From: an uncultured delta proteobacterium
GTDB lineage: Bacteria; Desulfobacterota; Desulfobacteria; Desulfobacterales; JAFDCJ01
DNA: 64,000 bases
Assembly: GCA_963769935.1 (NCBI GenBank)
Contig: CAVYNY010000009.1
Coordinates: 288,001 to 352,000, forward strand
Direction of reading: 5' to 3'
Part shown: one piece after another, positions 37,506-48,714 of the stretch
Layout: every line of letters begins with the position of its first letter
Numbering within the stretch: position 1 is the first letter of the stretch
Translations under genes and position numbers: made by a program
Notes under the pieces: model-generated
Databases searched by the model: none
Seen by the model: only the letters and a program-made list of their open reading frames with translations
What the model was told of the DNA's origin: nothing

Positions 37506-38681
37506 CTAATTATCAGCCTCGGCCGCCCGGTCTTTCTCGATCAGAACCGGCACCAATACGCGCACAGGTTCTTGAATGCCGGAATTTTGATAAAAGAGCT
37601 TTAAACGGTTGAGTGCAACCTCATTGAGCTCGCGTCCTTTGGAAATCAGCAACTGCCCTTTTAATGAACACAGATCCTCCTCCAATATCATATGCGCCCT
37701 CAGCTCGGAAAATGCTGCTTCCCGGACCTGGTAGTTTTTTTCAACGCCGACGACCTGCTCCATGGCCTCCAGCACCTCCGGATCGTACCAGCCGTCCCGG
37801 CTCCTTAGTTCGGCCAGCGCCTTGCCTGGCATAACGCCTTTTGCTTCCAGCAGATCGAAATCCAGCGCTACCTTTAAAATTCGGGCGCCCAACGGAATGG
37901 CGTCGCCCCGGCGCTTATCCTCCGGCTGGCCCGATCCATCATAGTGTTTTTCCTGGTATAAGATGATTTCGGCCACCGCTTCCATGCGCGGGATATTATT
38001 GATCAGGTCCGCCGATATCATGGGGTTCATGGTCAGGGTTTTGGTTTCCTCAGGACTCAAACTTTTACCGCTAAAGAGTTTCTGCATCGTATGCGCCGGC
38101 AGAAGGAACCACCCGATCTGAGAGAGCATGGCAGCGGTTTCGAGCTGCCAGAGGTTGGAAACCATCAGTTTTGTTGCGATTTCAGTCACATACCGCCTGA
38201 TGCGCAGGGACCGGCCGAAGGCCTCCGGGTTGGCCATGGAGAGCAAATCGGTCATCACCTCGATGCCGCCTTTCAGCGTTTTTTCTAGAAGCTCCTTTTC
38301 GGCCGTAACCAGCCGGTATTGTTCAAGCCCGACAGTCAGAACCGAAATCAGCTCCTTTTCGGTGCAGGGTTTGGTCAGAAACCGGAATACGTTGCCTTCG
38401 TTGACGGCCTTGATGGCGGCCTTCAGATCCGCGTTGCCCGTCAGCATCATGCGGACTGTGTCCGGTGACATTTCGCGCACCTTGGCCAGGAACTGGATTC
38501 CATCCATCAGCGGCATTCTCAGATCCGATACGACCGCCGCAAACGGCCCTTTTTCCTTAACCGCCGCCAATCCTTCCTTGGGGCCGACAGCTATCTCAAG
38601 TTTAAATTTGTTGCCCAATTGACGTCGAATTGCATTCAAGACATTGGGCTCATCATCAACAAATAAGATACGATTCATCAT
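37506..38681 (-). CDS. Receiver plus degenerate HD-GYP-like domain
   Basis: SDLRMP, FRFLTKP; LSQIG, YQEKHYDGSGQP, IPLGARIL. Confidence 0.88.
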   Translation of the reverse strand: MMNRILFVDDEPNVLNAIRRQLGNKFKLEIAVGPKEGLAAVKEKGPFAAVVSDLRMPLMDGIQFLAKVREMSPDTVRMMLTGNADLKAAIKAVNEGNVFRFLTKPCTEKELISVLTVGLEQYRLVTAEKELLEKTLKGGIEVMTDLLSMANPEAFGRSLRIRRYVTEIATKLMVSNLWQLETAAMLSQIGWFLLPAHTMQKLFSGKSLSPEETKTLTMNPMISADLINNIPRMEAVAEIILYQEKHYDGSGQPEDKRRGDAIPLGARILKVALDFDLLEAKGVMPGKALAELRSRDGWYDPEVLEAMEQVVGVEKNYQVREAAFSELRAHMILEEDLCSLKGQLLISKGRELNEVALNRLKLFYQNSGIQEPVRVLVPVLIEKDRAAEADN

Positions 38682-39898
38682 GTTTTTTCCTCTTCGGAAA
38701 TCATTTTAATATATTCAGCGCGCCAGATTTCGATTCGTTGGCTCAGGCCTAATTCGGCCAAATAGTCGGAATCCATTCCACCCGGCGCGTCGCTGCTGCC
38801 GCTCCGGGAAAACGGATTGTCGTGCTGGAGGGCGTTAGCGATGTAAACGGCCGCCAGCGGAATAAACGTATTCGCCGGGCAGTCTTGCGGGCGGTGATGA
38901 AAGGCGACTGCTTCGACAATAGGGTCGGGCAATCCCCACAACCCCAGCAGGTAAGCGCCAACCTCAGCATGACCCGCCCCCAGGATTTGGATTTCGGCGT
39001 CTGCCAGATTCAATCCTTCGTGCTTCAACAGACCCTGGATCTCTTTGTATTGGTCCGGGTAATTGTCCACCAATACCAGTTTGCCGATGTCATGCAGCAG
39101 CCCGGCCATGTAGGCATCATCCAGCAGCTGCTTGCCGACCGCTTCGGTCTTGGCGATATTCCTGACCAGTTGACCGGTTACCACACTGTGATTCCAAAGA
39201 CTTACGATATCAAACATCGCCAGCTTGCTCGGATCGAATTTGGAAAAAACTTCCACCGTCAGCACCAGGGCTTTGACGGTATCCAACCCCAGTAGGCTGA
39301 CGGCTTGGGAAGGATCGGTGATATGGCGCGACAGGGCAAAAAAAGCCGAATTGACCAACTGCAATACTTTGGTAGTCATACCCAGATCTTTGGCAATGAT
39401 ACCGCCGATTTTTTGAATGGATGCATTTGAAGAACTCAACTCTTCCACAATTTCGGCATACAGCGACGGCAGGCTCGGCAGCGAATCAATCTTCGAAACG
39501 ACGCCCTTCAGGGTTTCCTGTGACAGCAGATCCCTCAGGGCACACGCACGGCTGATGGTACTTTTTAAGGCCTCGGCTTCGGCAGGTTTCGAAAGATACT
39601 GGTGGGCCGGACGCACGGATCGCAGTATCATTTCCTGATCTGAGTGACCGGAGAGGACAATTCGAACAATATGTGGATGGCGGCTTTTGATTTCGGTCAA
39701 CAGCTGCGCACCGTCCATTTTCGGCATGCGCATGTCGGTGACGACCACATCGAAAGGCTCCTGTGCCAGCATATCGAGAGCTTCAGGGCCGCTTTTCACA
39801 AACTGCATCTCCCACTCGGCGCGCGCGCTGTGCAGCATACGTCGGATGCTCTGCAGCACATTCGGTTCGTCATCCACAAAAAGAATGCGTCTTTTCAC
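38678..39898 (-). CDS. Receiver plus HDOD domain protein
   Basis: LPSLP, VLQLVNSAFF, AGLLHDIGKL, HAEVGAYLL..WGLP. Confidence 0.92.
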   Translation of the reverse strand: MKRRILFVDDEPNVLQSIRRMLHSARAEWEMQFVKSGPEALDMLAQEPFDVVVTDMRMPKMDGAQLLTEIKSRHPHIVRIVLSGHSDQEMILRSVRPAHQYLSKPAEAEALKSTISRACALRDLLSQETLKGVVSKIDSLPSLPSLYAEIVEELSSSNASIQKIGGIIAKDLGMTTKVLQLVNSAFFALSRHITDPSQAVSLLGLDTVKALVLTVEVFSKFDPSKLAMFDIVSLWNHSVVTGQLVRNIAKTEAVGKQLLDDAYMAGLLHDIGKLVLVDNYPDQYKEIQGLLKHEGLNLADAEIQILGAGHAEVGAYLLGLWGLPDPIVEAVAFHHRPQDCPANTFIPLAAVYIANALQHDNPFSRSGSSDAPGGMDSDYLAELGLSQRIEIWRAEYIKMISEEEKT

Positions 39899-39919
39899 TG
39901 TTATTCACCTTTTCTTATT

Positions 39920-42323
39920 TCAGGTCGATTTCTCTTCAAGGGGCAGTTGAATTATAAAGGTGGTGCCTTTACCAATTTCGGTTTCAAAACGGATCTCCCC
40001 GCCGTGTTTTTCGGCAATGACCGCATGCGATATAGCCAACCCCTGCCCGGTGCCGCGTCCGACTTCTTTAGTAGTGAAAAATGGATCGAATATCCGGCCC
40101 CGATTCTCTTCGACAATTCCGGTTCCGGTGTCGGACACCCGGATCTCGACCCAGCCGTCATTGCGGCAGGTGCGGATGCTAATCAAGCCTTTTTCTTCGG
40201 CGCCGTCTCCCACGACATCTGCGATCGCATGGGCGGCGTTGACGATCAGGTTTAAAATAACCTGGTTGAAATCACCGGGCAGACAGGGCACCAGCGGCAG
40301 GTCGGCATCGAAATCGGTTTCCATCTCCGCCACGTACTTCCATTCGTTGCGTGCAACGGTGATGGTGCTTTGAATGGCTTTGTTTAAATCCACCATGGAT
40401 TTTTCGTCGGATCCCGGATGTGAAAACTCCTTCATGGCCCGCACAATATCGGCCACCCGCTGGGCGCCCTCGAGGGTCTGCTCGATGGCCGGCGGTATTT
40501 CTTCCCGAATAAAGCCCAAATCGATTCTCTCAATCACTTCCTTGATTTCTTCCGACAATGACGTCCTCGCTTCATCGCTTTCGGCCGTTTGGATCAATTG
40601 CCCGATTTTGTCGAAAAGCATGTCTAAATCTCCGAATTTTTCCTGCAAAAAACGGGTGTTGTAAAGCACATACTGGATGGGCGTGTTGATTTCATGGGCA
40701 ATCCCGCCCGCCAAAGTGCCGATGGCCTCCATCCGTTGAGCCTGGCGCAGCTGGATTTCCAGGCAGCGTTCTTTGGTGACATCCCGTTTGACGGCGACAA
40801 AGTTGACAATTTCGCCGGACGGATTGCGGATTGGTGAGATCCGGGCCTCTTCTTCGTAAATGGTTCCGTCCTTTTTGCGGTTGGAAAGCCGGCCGGACCA
40901 CACCCGTCCGCTGCGAATTGTCTCCCACAAAGATTTATAGAAGCCCGCCTCGTGCTTGCCGCTTTTTAAAATGCGGGGGTTCTGTCCAATGGCCTCCCGG
41001 CGGCTGTAACCGGTGTGCTTCTCGAATGCCGGGTTGACATATTGAATCGATCCCCCGGCATCGGTGACGATGATCATCTCATCGACCTGGGATATGGCGG
41101 TTGCCAGGTGGATACGGTCCGCCTCAGCTCGTTTGCGTTCGGTGATGTCCAGCATGACTCCGACCATGCCGGTTGGTTTTTCCCTATCGTCGATGATGGA
41201 TGCTTTATAGAAAATGACATCATGCAGGCTGTTGTCGGCATACCTGACCCTGCTTTCATAGGATTGGATCGATTGGGCTGCCGGGTTGCTGATCAGCTCC
41301 ATATCGGCTTTGTGATAGATGTCGGCCAGTTCCTTGGGCGCAAAGTCGAAAACCGTTTTGCCGATAATGTCGGCTCTGGATACACCGATAAACTTTTCGA
41401 AGGCGGCATTGCACAGCCGATAGACCCCCTCCACATTTTTATAATAATAAGGGTTCGGAATCGTGTCGAGGATCTGCTGCAAAAATTCAAAATTGCGGTG
41501 CAGGTCCTGGACTGCATTTCTGCGTTCGGTAATATCCTGCCCGATGCTGAGAATACCGGTCACCTCTCCCCGGTCGGATAAAATCGCCTTGTCGGTCCAC
41601 GACATCCATACCCGTTCCCCGTTGCGTCGCATATTCTCATGTTCACTTTTAGCCGTTTTTTCCGGATGCCGGATAATATCCTGTATAAAAGCGTTCAGAT
41701 CAAGGCCCTCGGAATCCACAGCCGGCACAATCGTTCCGACGATGAGGTTGGCCGAGAATTTCAGCTTCGCTGTAGCCGAAGAAATGCCGGGCGAATTCGT
41801 TGATAAAAGTCACACGGCCGGCAGTATCTAATTTCAGGATAATGCTGTTGGCGCTTTCGACCAGTTCACGGTATTTGGCTTCGCTTTGCTGCAGCTCATG
41901 GGTGCGGCGCTTGATCTCTTCTTCGAGGTGATTCCGGTGCCGGCGATTTTCAATGGCGAGCGAGCGCCGGTGCAAGGCATTAGCGACGCTGGTGAGAATC
42001 CGGCTGCGCTCGAGCGGCTTGGCGATGTAGTCATAAGCCCCGGCCGCCAAGGCAGTTTCGATCGTCAGCCGGTCGGCGGCGCCGGTTACCATTATCGCGG
42101 CCGTATCCGGATAGTCGGGCAGAATATCGCAAATGAAATCCAGACCGGATTCGCCGGGCATGTTTACGTCGCAAAGCAAAAGTTCAAAATCTTTGCAGGC
42201 TGAAAGTTGACGGGCCTCCGCGGCATTAGAGGCTGTTGTGCAGCGGTACCCATTGGGCTCGAGGTATTCCTTGAGCAGTATCTGAATGGAGACTTCGTCA
42301 TCAACGATTAAGATATCTGTCAT
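39920..42323 (-). CDS. Receiver-multiPAS NtrB-type histidine kinase; frameshift at ~41748
   Basis: Two consecutive ORFs join (compare paralog 54640-57417); AHEINTP, NLIVNA, DPFFTTK, GTGQGL. Confidence 0.85.
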
Positions 42324-42326
42324 TTT

Positions 42327-42458
42327 TTATCTTTCTCCGGCGGGTCTGAATTCATCATATTTTCCGAATTTTTTTTGAACCGGAATAGCGGGTATATGGG
42401 ATCGAATCATCACGACGACTATCATGAATCCAAGCGCCAATTTATATTTGATTTTCAT
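42327..42458 (-). pseudogene. Remnant: N-terminal TM start of a membrane sensor/MCP-like gene
   Basis: MKIKYKLALGFMIVVVMI, then unrelated sequence and early stop. Confidence 0.45.
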
Positions 42459-42492
42459 GCTGACTTTCTTTTTGAGGTTATACAGCCTCGCC

Positions 42493-42915
42493 TCATAGGG
42501 CGGCATGCAATATCGCCGGATAATTTTTCTTAAACCGCTCATAAGAACCTAAATAGATTACTCCGGCCCTTCTCAAACTTACCTCTGTTTCCTGATTCAG
42601 ATTGTCAAAAAGCCCAATTATTTTTGCCGAAGGAAAGGATCTTCGCAAACTGCTGAATAAATTTTCATTTATTTTTCGATTGAGTGAATCGGTAATAACG
42701 ATCAAGCCGAAATTGTCACTTGCGCATGACGTTGGTCGGTCGTCCGGTCCTTCAATTCTCGTTATAGTGGGAAAAAACTCAGCCAGTATTTTAACCAATT
42801 CGTAAATTTTTGTCCCCTGCCTTCCCACCACCAGCACGTTTTGAAAACCTGCTTTTTCCATCCACCCTGCCCCAGGTTCATTGCATGTTTCTTCTACTAA
42901 ATGATTTTTGCTCAC
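42493..42915 (-). CDS. Hypothetical receiver-like protein
   Basis: beta/alpha pattern (NVLVVG, LIVITDS, AKIIGL) lacking canonical DD; downstream of a sigma54 promoter. Confidence 0.6.
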   Translation of the reverse strand: MSKNHLVEETCNEPGAGWMEKAGFQNVLVVGRQGTKIYELVKILAEFFPTITRIEGPDDRPTSCASDNFGLIVITDSLNRKINENLFSSLRRSFPSAKIIGLFDNLNQETEVSLRRAGVIYLGSYERFKKNYPAILHAAL

Positions 42916-42971
42916 GGTTTCCCCTAATCTTACCCAGCGACATAACTCATTGTAACTGCCCCAATACGGAA

Positions 42972-42987
42972 AGCAACATCCATGCCG
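42972..42987 (-). promoter_or_regulatory. sigma54 promoter
   Basis: CGGCAT-GGATG-TTGCT. Confidence 0.65.
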
Positions 42988-43050
42988 CTTCAGCCAACTT
43001 TGTATCTATCTGATATTTAATATAATTTTTCATAAAGGAAGAACCGGGAA

Positions 43051-43096
43051 CTATCATATTGATAGAAACAGGCGGCCGGGTCTATCAAAATGATAG
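43051..43096. promoter_or_regulatory. Tandem palindromic enhancer (UAS) candidates
   Basis: CTATCA-N3-TGATAG at 43051 and 43082, upstream of the sigma54 promoter. Confidence 0.65.
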
Positions 43097-43246
43097 AATG
43101 ATTTAGGACAGAAACGTAATTTAACCCTGAATACAGGGAAGTGATGAAATTACAGCAATAATCTCTTCGTCGATATAAACTGCAGGAACAAAAGGAAGTG
43201 AAATTCGAATATTAAGATTCAGACCGAATTGTTAAATCCAAAATCG

Positions 43247-44680
43247 TTAAATCCGAATTCCGTATCTCTTAATTTTTCTGTAAAGTGTTGCTTCGCCGAT
43301 GCCGAGCAGCCGGGCAGCCCCTGAACGACTATTACTGCTTTTTGCCAGAGCATTCCTGAGCGCGGCTATTTCAAAAGCCTGCAGGCTGTCATCGGCCGGA
43401 AGGTTCAAATCAGGATTAGAACATATTGGGCGGGCATATAGGTGCTGGGGAAGATCTTCAGGGCGGATCATATCCGCTTTGCCGAGAGCCACCGATCGCC
43501 GTATGATGTTTTCCAGTTCCCGAACATTGCCCGGCCATTCATAATTTTCAAGGCACATCAGTGCTGCTTGAGAAATATCTTTCACGGGTGAAAGGTCCGT
43601 CCCAAAGCGGGTTAAAAAATATCTTGCCAGCAAAGGAAGATCTTCCTTCCGGTCTCGCAGGGGGGGTACTTTGATGGTCAGAACGTTTATGCGGTAAAAG
43701 AGATCCTCACGAAAATTTCCCTGACTAAGCTGTTCACTCAGATCTCGATTGGTGGCGGCCAGGATGCGGACGTCCACTGGATGATTTCGGCTGCTGCCGA
43801 CCGGTCGTACTTCTTTTTCCTGCAGGGTTCGCAGCAGCTTGGCCTGGATGGCCGGGGAAAGTTCGCCGATTTCATCCAGGAACAACGTACCCTTGTCAGC
43901 CGCGCGAATCAGACCCAGGGTTGATGTATGCGCGCCGGTAAAGGCGCCTTTGACATGACCGAAAAGCTCGCTTTCGATCACTGTATCGCTGATGGCTGCA
44001 CAATCAACCGGTAAAAAATTATGTTTTGACCTGGTGCTGTGTTGATGCAACGCCCGAGCTACCAACTCCTTGCCTGTGCCGGTTTCAGCCTGGATCAAGA
44101 CGGGGGAATCCGTCCTGCCGGCGTCCGCTATCAGTTCTTTTAATTTCAGCATGGTCGTCGAATTGCCGACCAACTCGGGAAAAACAAACCTATTTTTGAT
44201 CTCTTCGCGCAGCCTTTGATTTTCTTGTTTTAACTCCCAAAATTTAAACAGTTGAGCCACGCGCAGCCGCAACTCCTCCGGTGAAAAGGGCTTTTCTAAA
44301 AAATCGTCCGCGCCCATCTTGATGGCGGCCACCGCCTTTTGAACCCCTCCCTCACCAGTCAGTATGACAACCATCAGGGCCGGGTATTGCTTGCGGATTC
44401 GCTTTAAAAGCTCAAAACCGTCCATCTGCGGCATTGCCAGATCGATCACGGCCGCATCGACTTGGATCTTCTCTAACAGCGCCAGCGCTTCCTGACCGTC
44501 GCCGGCTGTACGGATGCGATAATCTTCTTCGGCAAATGTCTCCTCCAGCAGCCGCAGCATCGATGGTTCATCATCGACAAACAGCAGGCAAAAGGCAGCG
44601 GATTGATGGTCGTCGCTAATTGATTGTTGGTTGGAAAAATCGAAATTCTTTTTCATTTTTGGACTATTTTCTCTTTCCAC
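43247..44680 (-). CDS. NtrC-family sigma54-dependent response regulator
   Basis: ETGTGKE, ESELFGHVKGAFTGA, LFLDEIG, WPGNVREL, Fis-type HTH. Confidence 0.95.
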   Translation of the reverse strand: MERENSPKMKKNFDFSNQQSISDDHQSAAFCLLFVDDEPSMLRLLEETFAEEDYRIRTAGDGQEALALLEKIQVDAAVIDLAMPQMDGFELLKRIRKQYPALMVVILTGEGGVQKAVAAIKMGADDFLEKPFSPEELRLRVAQLFKFWELKQENQRLREEIKNRFVFPELVGNSTTMLKLKELIADAGRTDSPVLIQAETGTGKELVARALHQHSTRSKHNFLPVDCAAISDTVIESELFGHVKGAFTGAHTSTLGLIRAADKGTLFLDEIGELSPAIQAKLLRTLQEKEVRPVGSSRNHPVDVRILAATNRDLSEQLSQGNFREDLFYRINVLTIKVPPLRDRKEDLPLLARYFLTRFGTDLSPVKDISQAALMCLENYEWPGNVRELENIIRRSVALGKADMIRPEDLPQHLYARPICSNPDLNLPADDSLQAFEIAALRNALAKSSNSRSGAARLLGIGEATLYRKIKRYGIRI

Positions 44681-44718
44681 CCTGGACCGATCTTCCGGTT
44701 GTATGGTTGAATTGAGTT

Positions 44719-45498
44719 TTAGGCTTCATCCAACACCTCCCGGACTTTCGCGGCCAAAGCCTGGGTCGAAAAAGGCTTCTGGATGAAGGGAAGCCCTTCT
44801 TCAAGCACACCGCGCTGGGCGATGACGTCGTCGGTGTACCCGGACATGTACAGTACCTTCAGATTCGGGTATTTTTGAGCTGCTTTCTCATACAGTTGCC
44901 TGCCATTCAGTCCGGGCATAACCACATCGGTCGACAGCAAGTGCACGGGGGCATCGTGAGATGCCAATGTCCTCAGCGCTTCATCGCTGTGGTTGGCCGA
45001 AATGACCGTGTATCCCCGTTGCCTTAATATGAGGTGGGTCAACCGGCATGGCGTCGGAGGCGTTGACGGCCAGGTTCATGATCACCTGTTCCAATTGTCC
45101 GATATCGGCCATGACAGGCAGGAGACCGGGTGAGGAGACGGTTTTTATCTCGACATCTTCCGGGATCGTACGCCGCAGCAGGTTTTTAAAATTTTCAATG
45201 GTCGCGTTAATGTCCACCGTTCTGAATTCCAAGGTCTGATTGCGGCTGAAGACCAGCAGCTGACGCAACAGATCCCGCGTAAGGTTTCCGGCTCTGAAGA
45301 TTTCGTTCACCAACTCGCGCCGATTGTCGTTTTGCCCCAAACCTTCCAGCAACATTTCGCTGTAGCCGGGGAATTGATCACTTTAAGGACTTCAAAAACC
45401 ATCAGCTGCTCCTGTTCAACGAGCTGATGCTCAAATTCGGCCCGTTCTAGTTCCTGGACTCTTTTTTCCAGTTCTTCATAGGTTGGCTTTTTAAGCAT
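44719..45498 (-). pseudogene. Hybrid histidine kinase remnant with two large internal deletions
   Basis: MLKKPTYEELEKRV start joined to GYSEMLL...NLAVNASDAMP, then joined to a receiver C-terminus; H-box and G boxes missing. Confidence 0.75.
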
Positions 45499-45600
45499 GG
45501 TAAATGCCCTTGTTTTTAAAACGTTACTCAGGATGGCCCGTTTTAAACCCGCTTGGGCTCCATATGCCGTCGCCTGAAATCAATCATCAATCAACAATCA

Positions 45601-48259
45601 TCAATTCTGCCCGTCCAGCACTCGCCGGATAACATGTGCCAGTTCGTGAGTGGTTATCGGTTTTAATAGAAATGCCCGGATGCCCGCAGCTTTGATGCTT
45701 TCGCCGTTGATATTTTCGCTGAAGCCGGTGCTTAAAATGATAGGGAAATCGGGGCGTATCGCCAAAAATTCCCGAGCCAGATCAGTACCCGTCATATTGG
45801 GCATGGTCATATCAGTCACAACCAGATCGAAATCATCGGCTTTGATCTTGAAAAGCTCCAGCGCCTCGATGCTGCTGGTGCGGGTCGTAACCTTGTAGCC
45901 CAGCTGCTCCAACATTTGCCGGCCGATATCCACCAGCGGTTTTTCATCGTCGATCAAAAGAACGTGTTCGTCCCCGACGGGCAGCGGTCCTTTGATCTTG
46001 GCTTCAGGCCGGCTGGGTTTTTTGGCAATAGGAAAGTACACATGAAACGCGGTGCCCTTATCAGGCTCGCTGTCGACTTTAATAAATCCGCCATGCCCCT
46101 TGACGATGCCGTCAACGACGGCCAGCCCCAGGCCGGTTCCCTCCTCCTTCGCTTTAGTTGTAAAAAAAGGATCAAAGATTTTCTCCATCACATCGGCGGA
46201 CATGCCTTGGCCGGTATCACATACTGTCAACAGCCTGATAGGCTCCCGAAGCGGCTCCCGGCATAACTATCCGCCAGTGAGGCCGTCAAATCAACAGAAT
46301 ATCCTTCAGGCTCACCGAAAGCAGACCGCCATTTTCCCGCATGGCATGGGCCGCATTGGTGCACAGATTCATCAGGATCTGGTGAATCTGGGTCGGATCC
46401 GCAATCACGGTGTCGTCGCTGTCAACTCCTGGGCGAATTTCAATCGTCGCCGGCAGGGATGCCCTCAGCAGCTTGAGCACTTCCTTTACGATCAGCTTGA
46501 TTTGAACCGGCTGCATCTTCTGTTCGGTCTGGCGGCTGAACGTCAGGATCTGTTTGACCAAATCTCGGGCACGTACACCGGCATTTAATATCTCCTGCAG
46601 GTGATCTTTCAACTTCTCATCATTTTGAACCTTGTCAAGCGCAATCTCCGAATACCCGATGACCGCCGATAAAATGTTGTTGAAGTCATGGGCGATACCG
46701 CCGGCCAAGGTGCCGATGGCCTCCATCTTCTGGGCCTGGCGCAGCTGTTTTTCCCTCCTGATTTCATCGGTGACATCCCGTTTGACGGCTACATAATGGG
46801 TGATTTTGCCGGCCGCGTTTATCACCGGTGAAATGGTTGCATCTTCTTCGTACAGGCTGCCGTCTTTTCTTCGATTGACGAAATGCCCTTTCCACATGCT
46901 GCCTTGTTCGAGATTGGCCCACATGGATTGGTAAAAGGATCGGTCATCTTTGCCGCTTTGAAGGATTCTGGGGTTTTGCCCGATGAGCTCTTCCTTTGTA
47001 TATCCGGAAATTTTTTCGCAGATCGGGTTGACATATTGGATGCTGCCGTTCAGATCGGTTATCAATACGCTCTCGGAAGCATGCTCGATGGCGGCCGCCA
47101 GCAGAATGCGCTCCGCTTCCGCTTTTCTGCGCTGGCTGATATCGCGGAAAAAAGCGAGTGTGACCGTATCGCCCTGGTAGGAGGTCTGGGCAATGGAGAC
47201 CTCGATGAAAATCATGTCGCCATTTTTTTTGATTCCCCTGCATTCGTATCTTGACGGCACCGGGCCGTTTTTGGCCCTGCGGTCCACAATCTCGCGCACC
47301 CAGTCTCGGTCATCGGGATGCACCAACTGCACAGAGGGGCGGTTTAAAATCTCTTCGGCCTGCGCATAACCGAAAATTTCAAGATATTTTGGATTGACAT
47401 AAACATGAATATCACCTTTCAGAATCGCAATGCCGTCATTGGAGTATTCTATGGCGGTTCGGTAGCGCTCCTCGGATTCCGCCAAGGCTTGCTCGGCCCG
47501 AATGCGCTCGGTTTCATCAGTGTAAATGGCCACGATCTCCCCGGTAGGGAGCTTGTAGACATAGTTGTCGCGCCAGCCGGATGTCCGCTGACCCTCGTAG
47601 TAAAATACAGGGGGTTTTTCCGGTTTTCCGGTCGACCACACTCGCTGAAAGACCTCAAATAGCCCGCATTTCTTTATCCCGGCAAAGACTTCTGAAACCG
47701 GCTTGCCGATAGCTTCATGGCGCCTGATATTTTCTATCTTTTCGCAGCCCTTGTTAACATCAACAATTATGAAATCGTTGCTATCATCGATCGCTTTATA
47801 AATGGTAATGCCGTTGTTGGTGTGATCAAATATCCCCTTGAACCTTGCTTCACTTTCCCGCAATTCAGTTTCGGTTTTTTTTCGTTCAACCGCATACTGA
47901 AGAGTGCTGGTTAGCAACCATCTGTTCAATTTGCTTTTCACAAGGTAATCCTGCGCCCCAGCCTGTACGGCCGAAATCCCTGTTTTTTCGTCATCGTTGC
48001 CGGTAAGTACGACGATCGGCATGGCGGACACGGCTTCCCTGACTGCCCGGAGCGTGTCGAGACCGTCGCTGTCGGGCAGATTCAGATCCAGCAACACCAA
48101 ATTCACGAAATCGCGCCCGAGATTATGGATTGCCTCAGACAAGCGGGTCACCCAGACGATTTCAAAGCTCATCGTCTCGGTTTGCGACAGCATCTCCCGG
48201 ATGAGGTCGGCGTCCCCGGGATTATCTTCAACCAGGATTAACTTCAGATGGGTGTTCAT
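45601..48259 (-). CDS. Receiver-multiPAS hybrid histidine kinase; indels at ~46235-46300
   Basis: AHDFNNIL, MNLCTNA, DPFFTTK, GTGLGL, C-terminal receiver. Confidence 0.85.
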
Positions 48260-48714
48260 TATTTCCTTCCGCCGGGCGGCAACACGACGATGCTGAGCCA
48301 GAACTCTTTGATCGATTTGACCACTCGGCTAAACTGGCTGAAATCGATGGGTTTGGTGATATAGCAGTTCGCATGCAAGTTGTAGGACTTGAGCACGTCT
48401 TCCTCGGCCCGGGAGGTCGTTAAGACCACCACCGGAATGCGCTTGAAGTCTTCGTCGTTTTTGATCTCGGCCAGAACCTCCCGTCCGTCCATTTTCGGCA
48501 GATTCAGGTCCAGCAAAATCAGATCGGGCCGGGCGGCAGCGCTATATTCGCCTTCACGTCTCAAAAAAGAAAGCGCGGCTTCGCCGTCTTCGACCACCCA
48601 GAGTTTATTAAGCACTTTGCTGTTTTCTAAAGCATCCTGCGTCAGCTCAACATCCCCGGGGTTGTCTTCAACCAGTAGAATTTCGATCGGTTTCACCAAT
48701 TGTGTATTTTTCAT
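48259..48714 (-). CDS. Single-domain response regulator (Rcp1-like)
   Basis: [33 protein letters not shown]. Confidence 0.93.
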   Translation of the reverse strand: MKNTQLVKPIEILLVEDNPGDVELTQDALENSKVLNKLWVVEDGEAALSFLRREGEYSAAARPDLILLDLNLPKMDGREVLAEIKNDEDFKRIPVVVLTTSRAEEDVLKSYNLHANCYITKPIDFSQFSRVVKSIKEFWLSIVVLPPGGRK

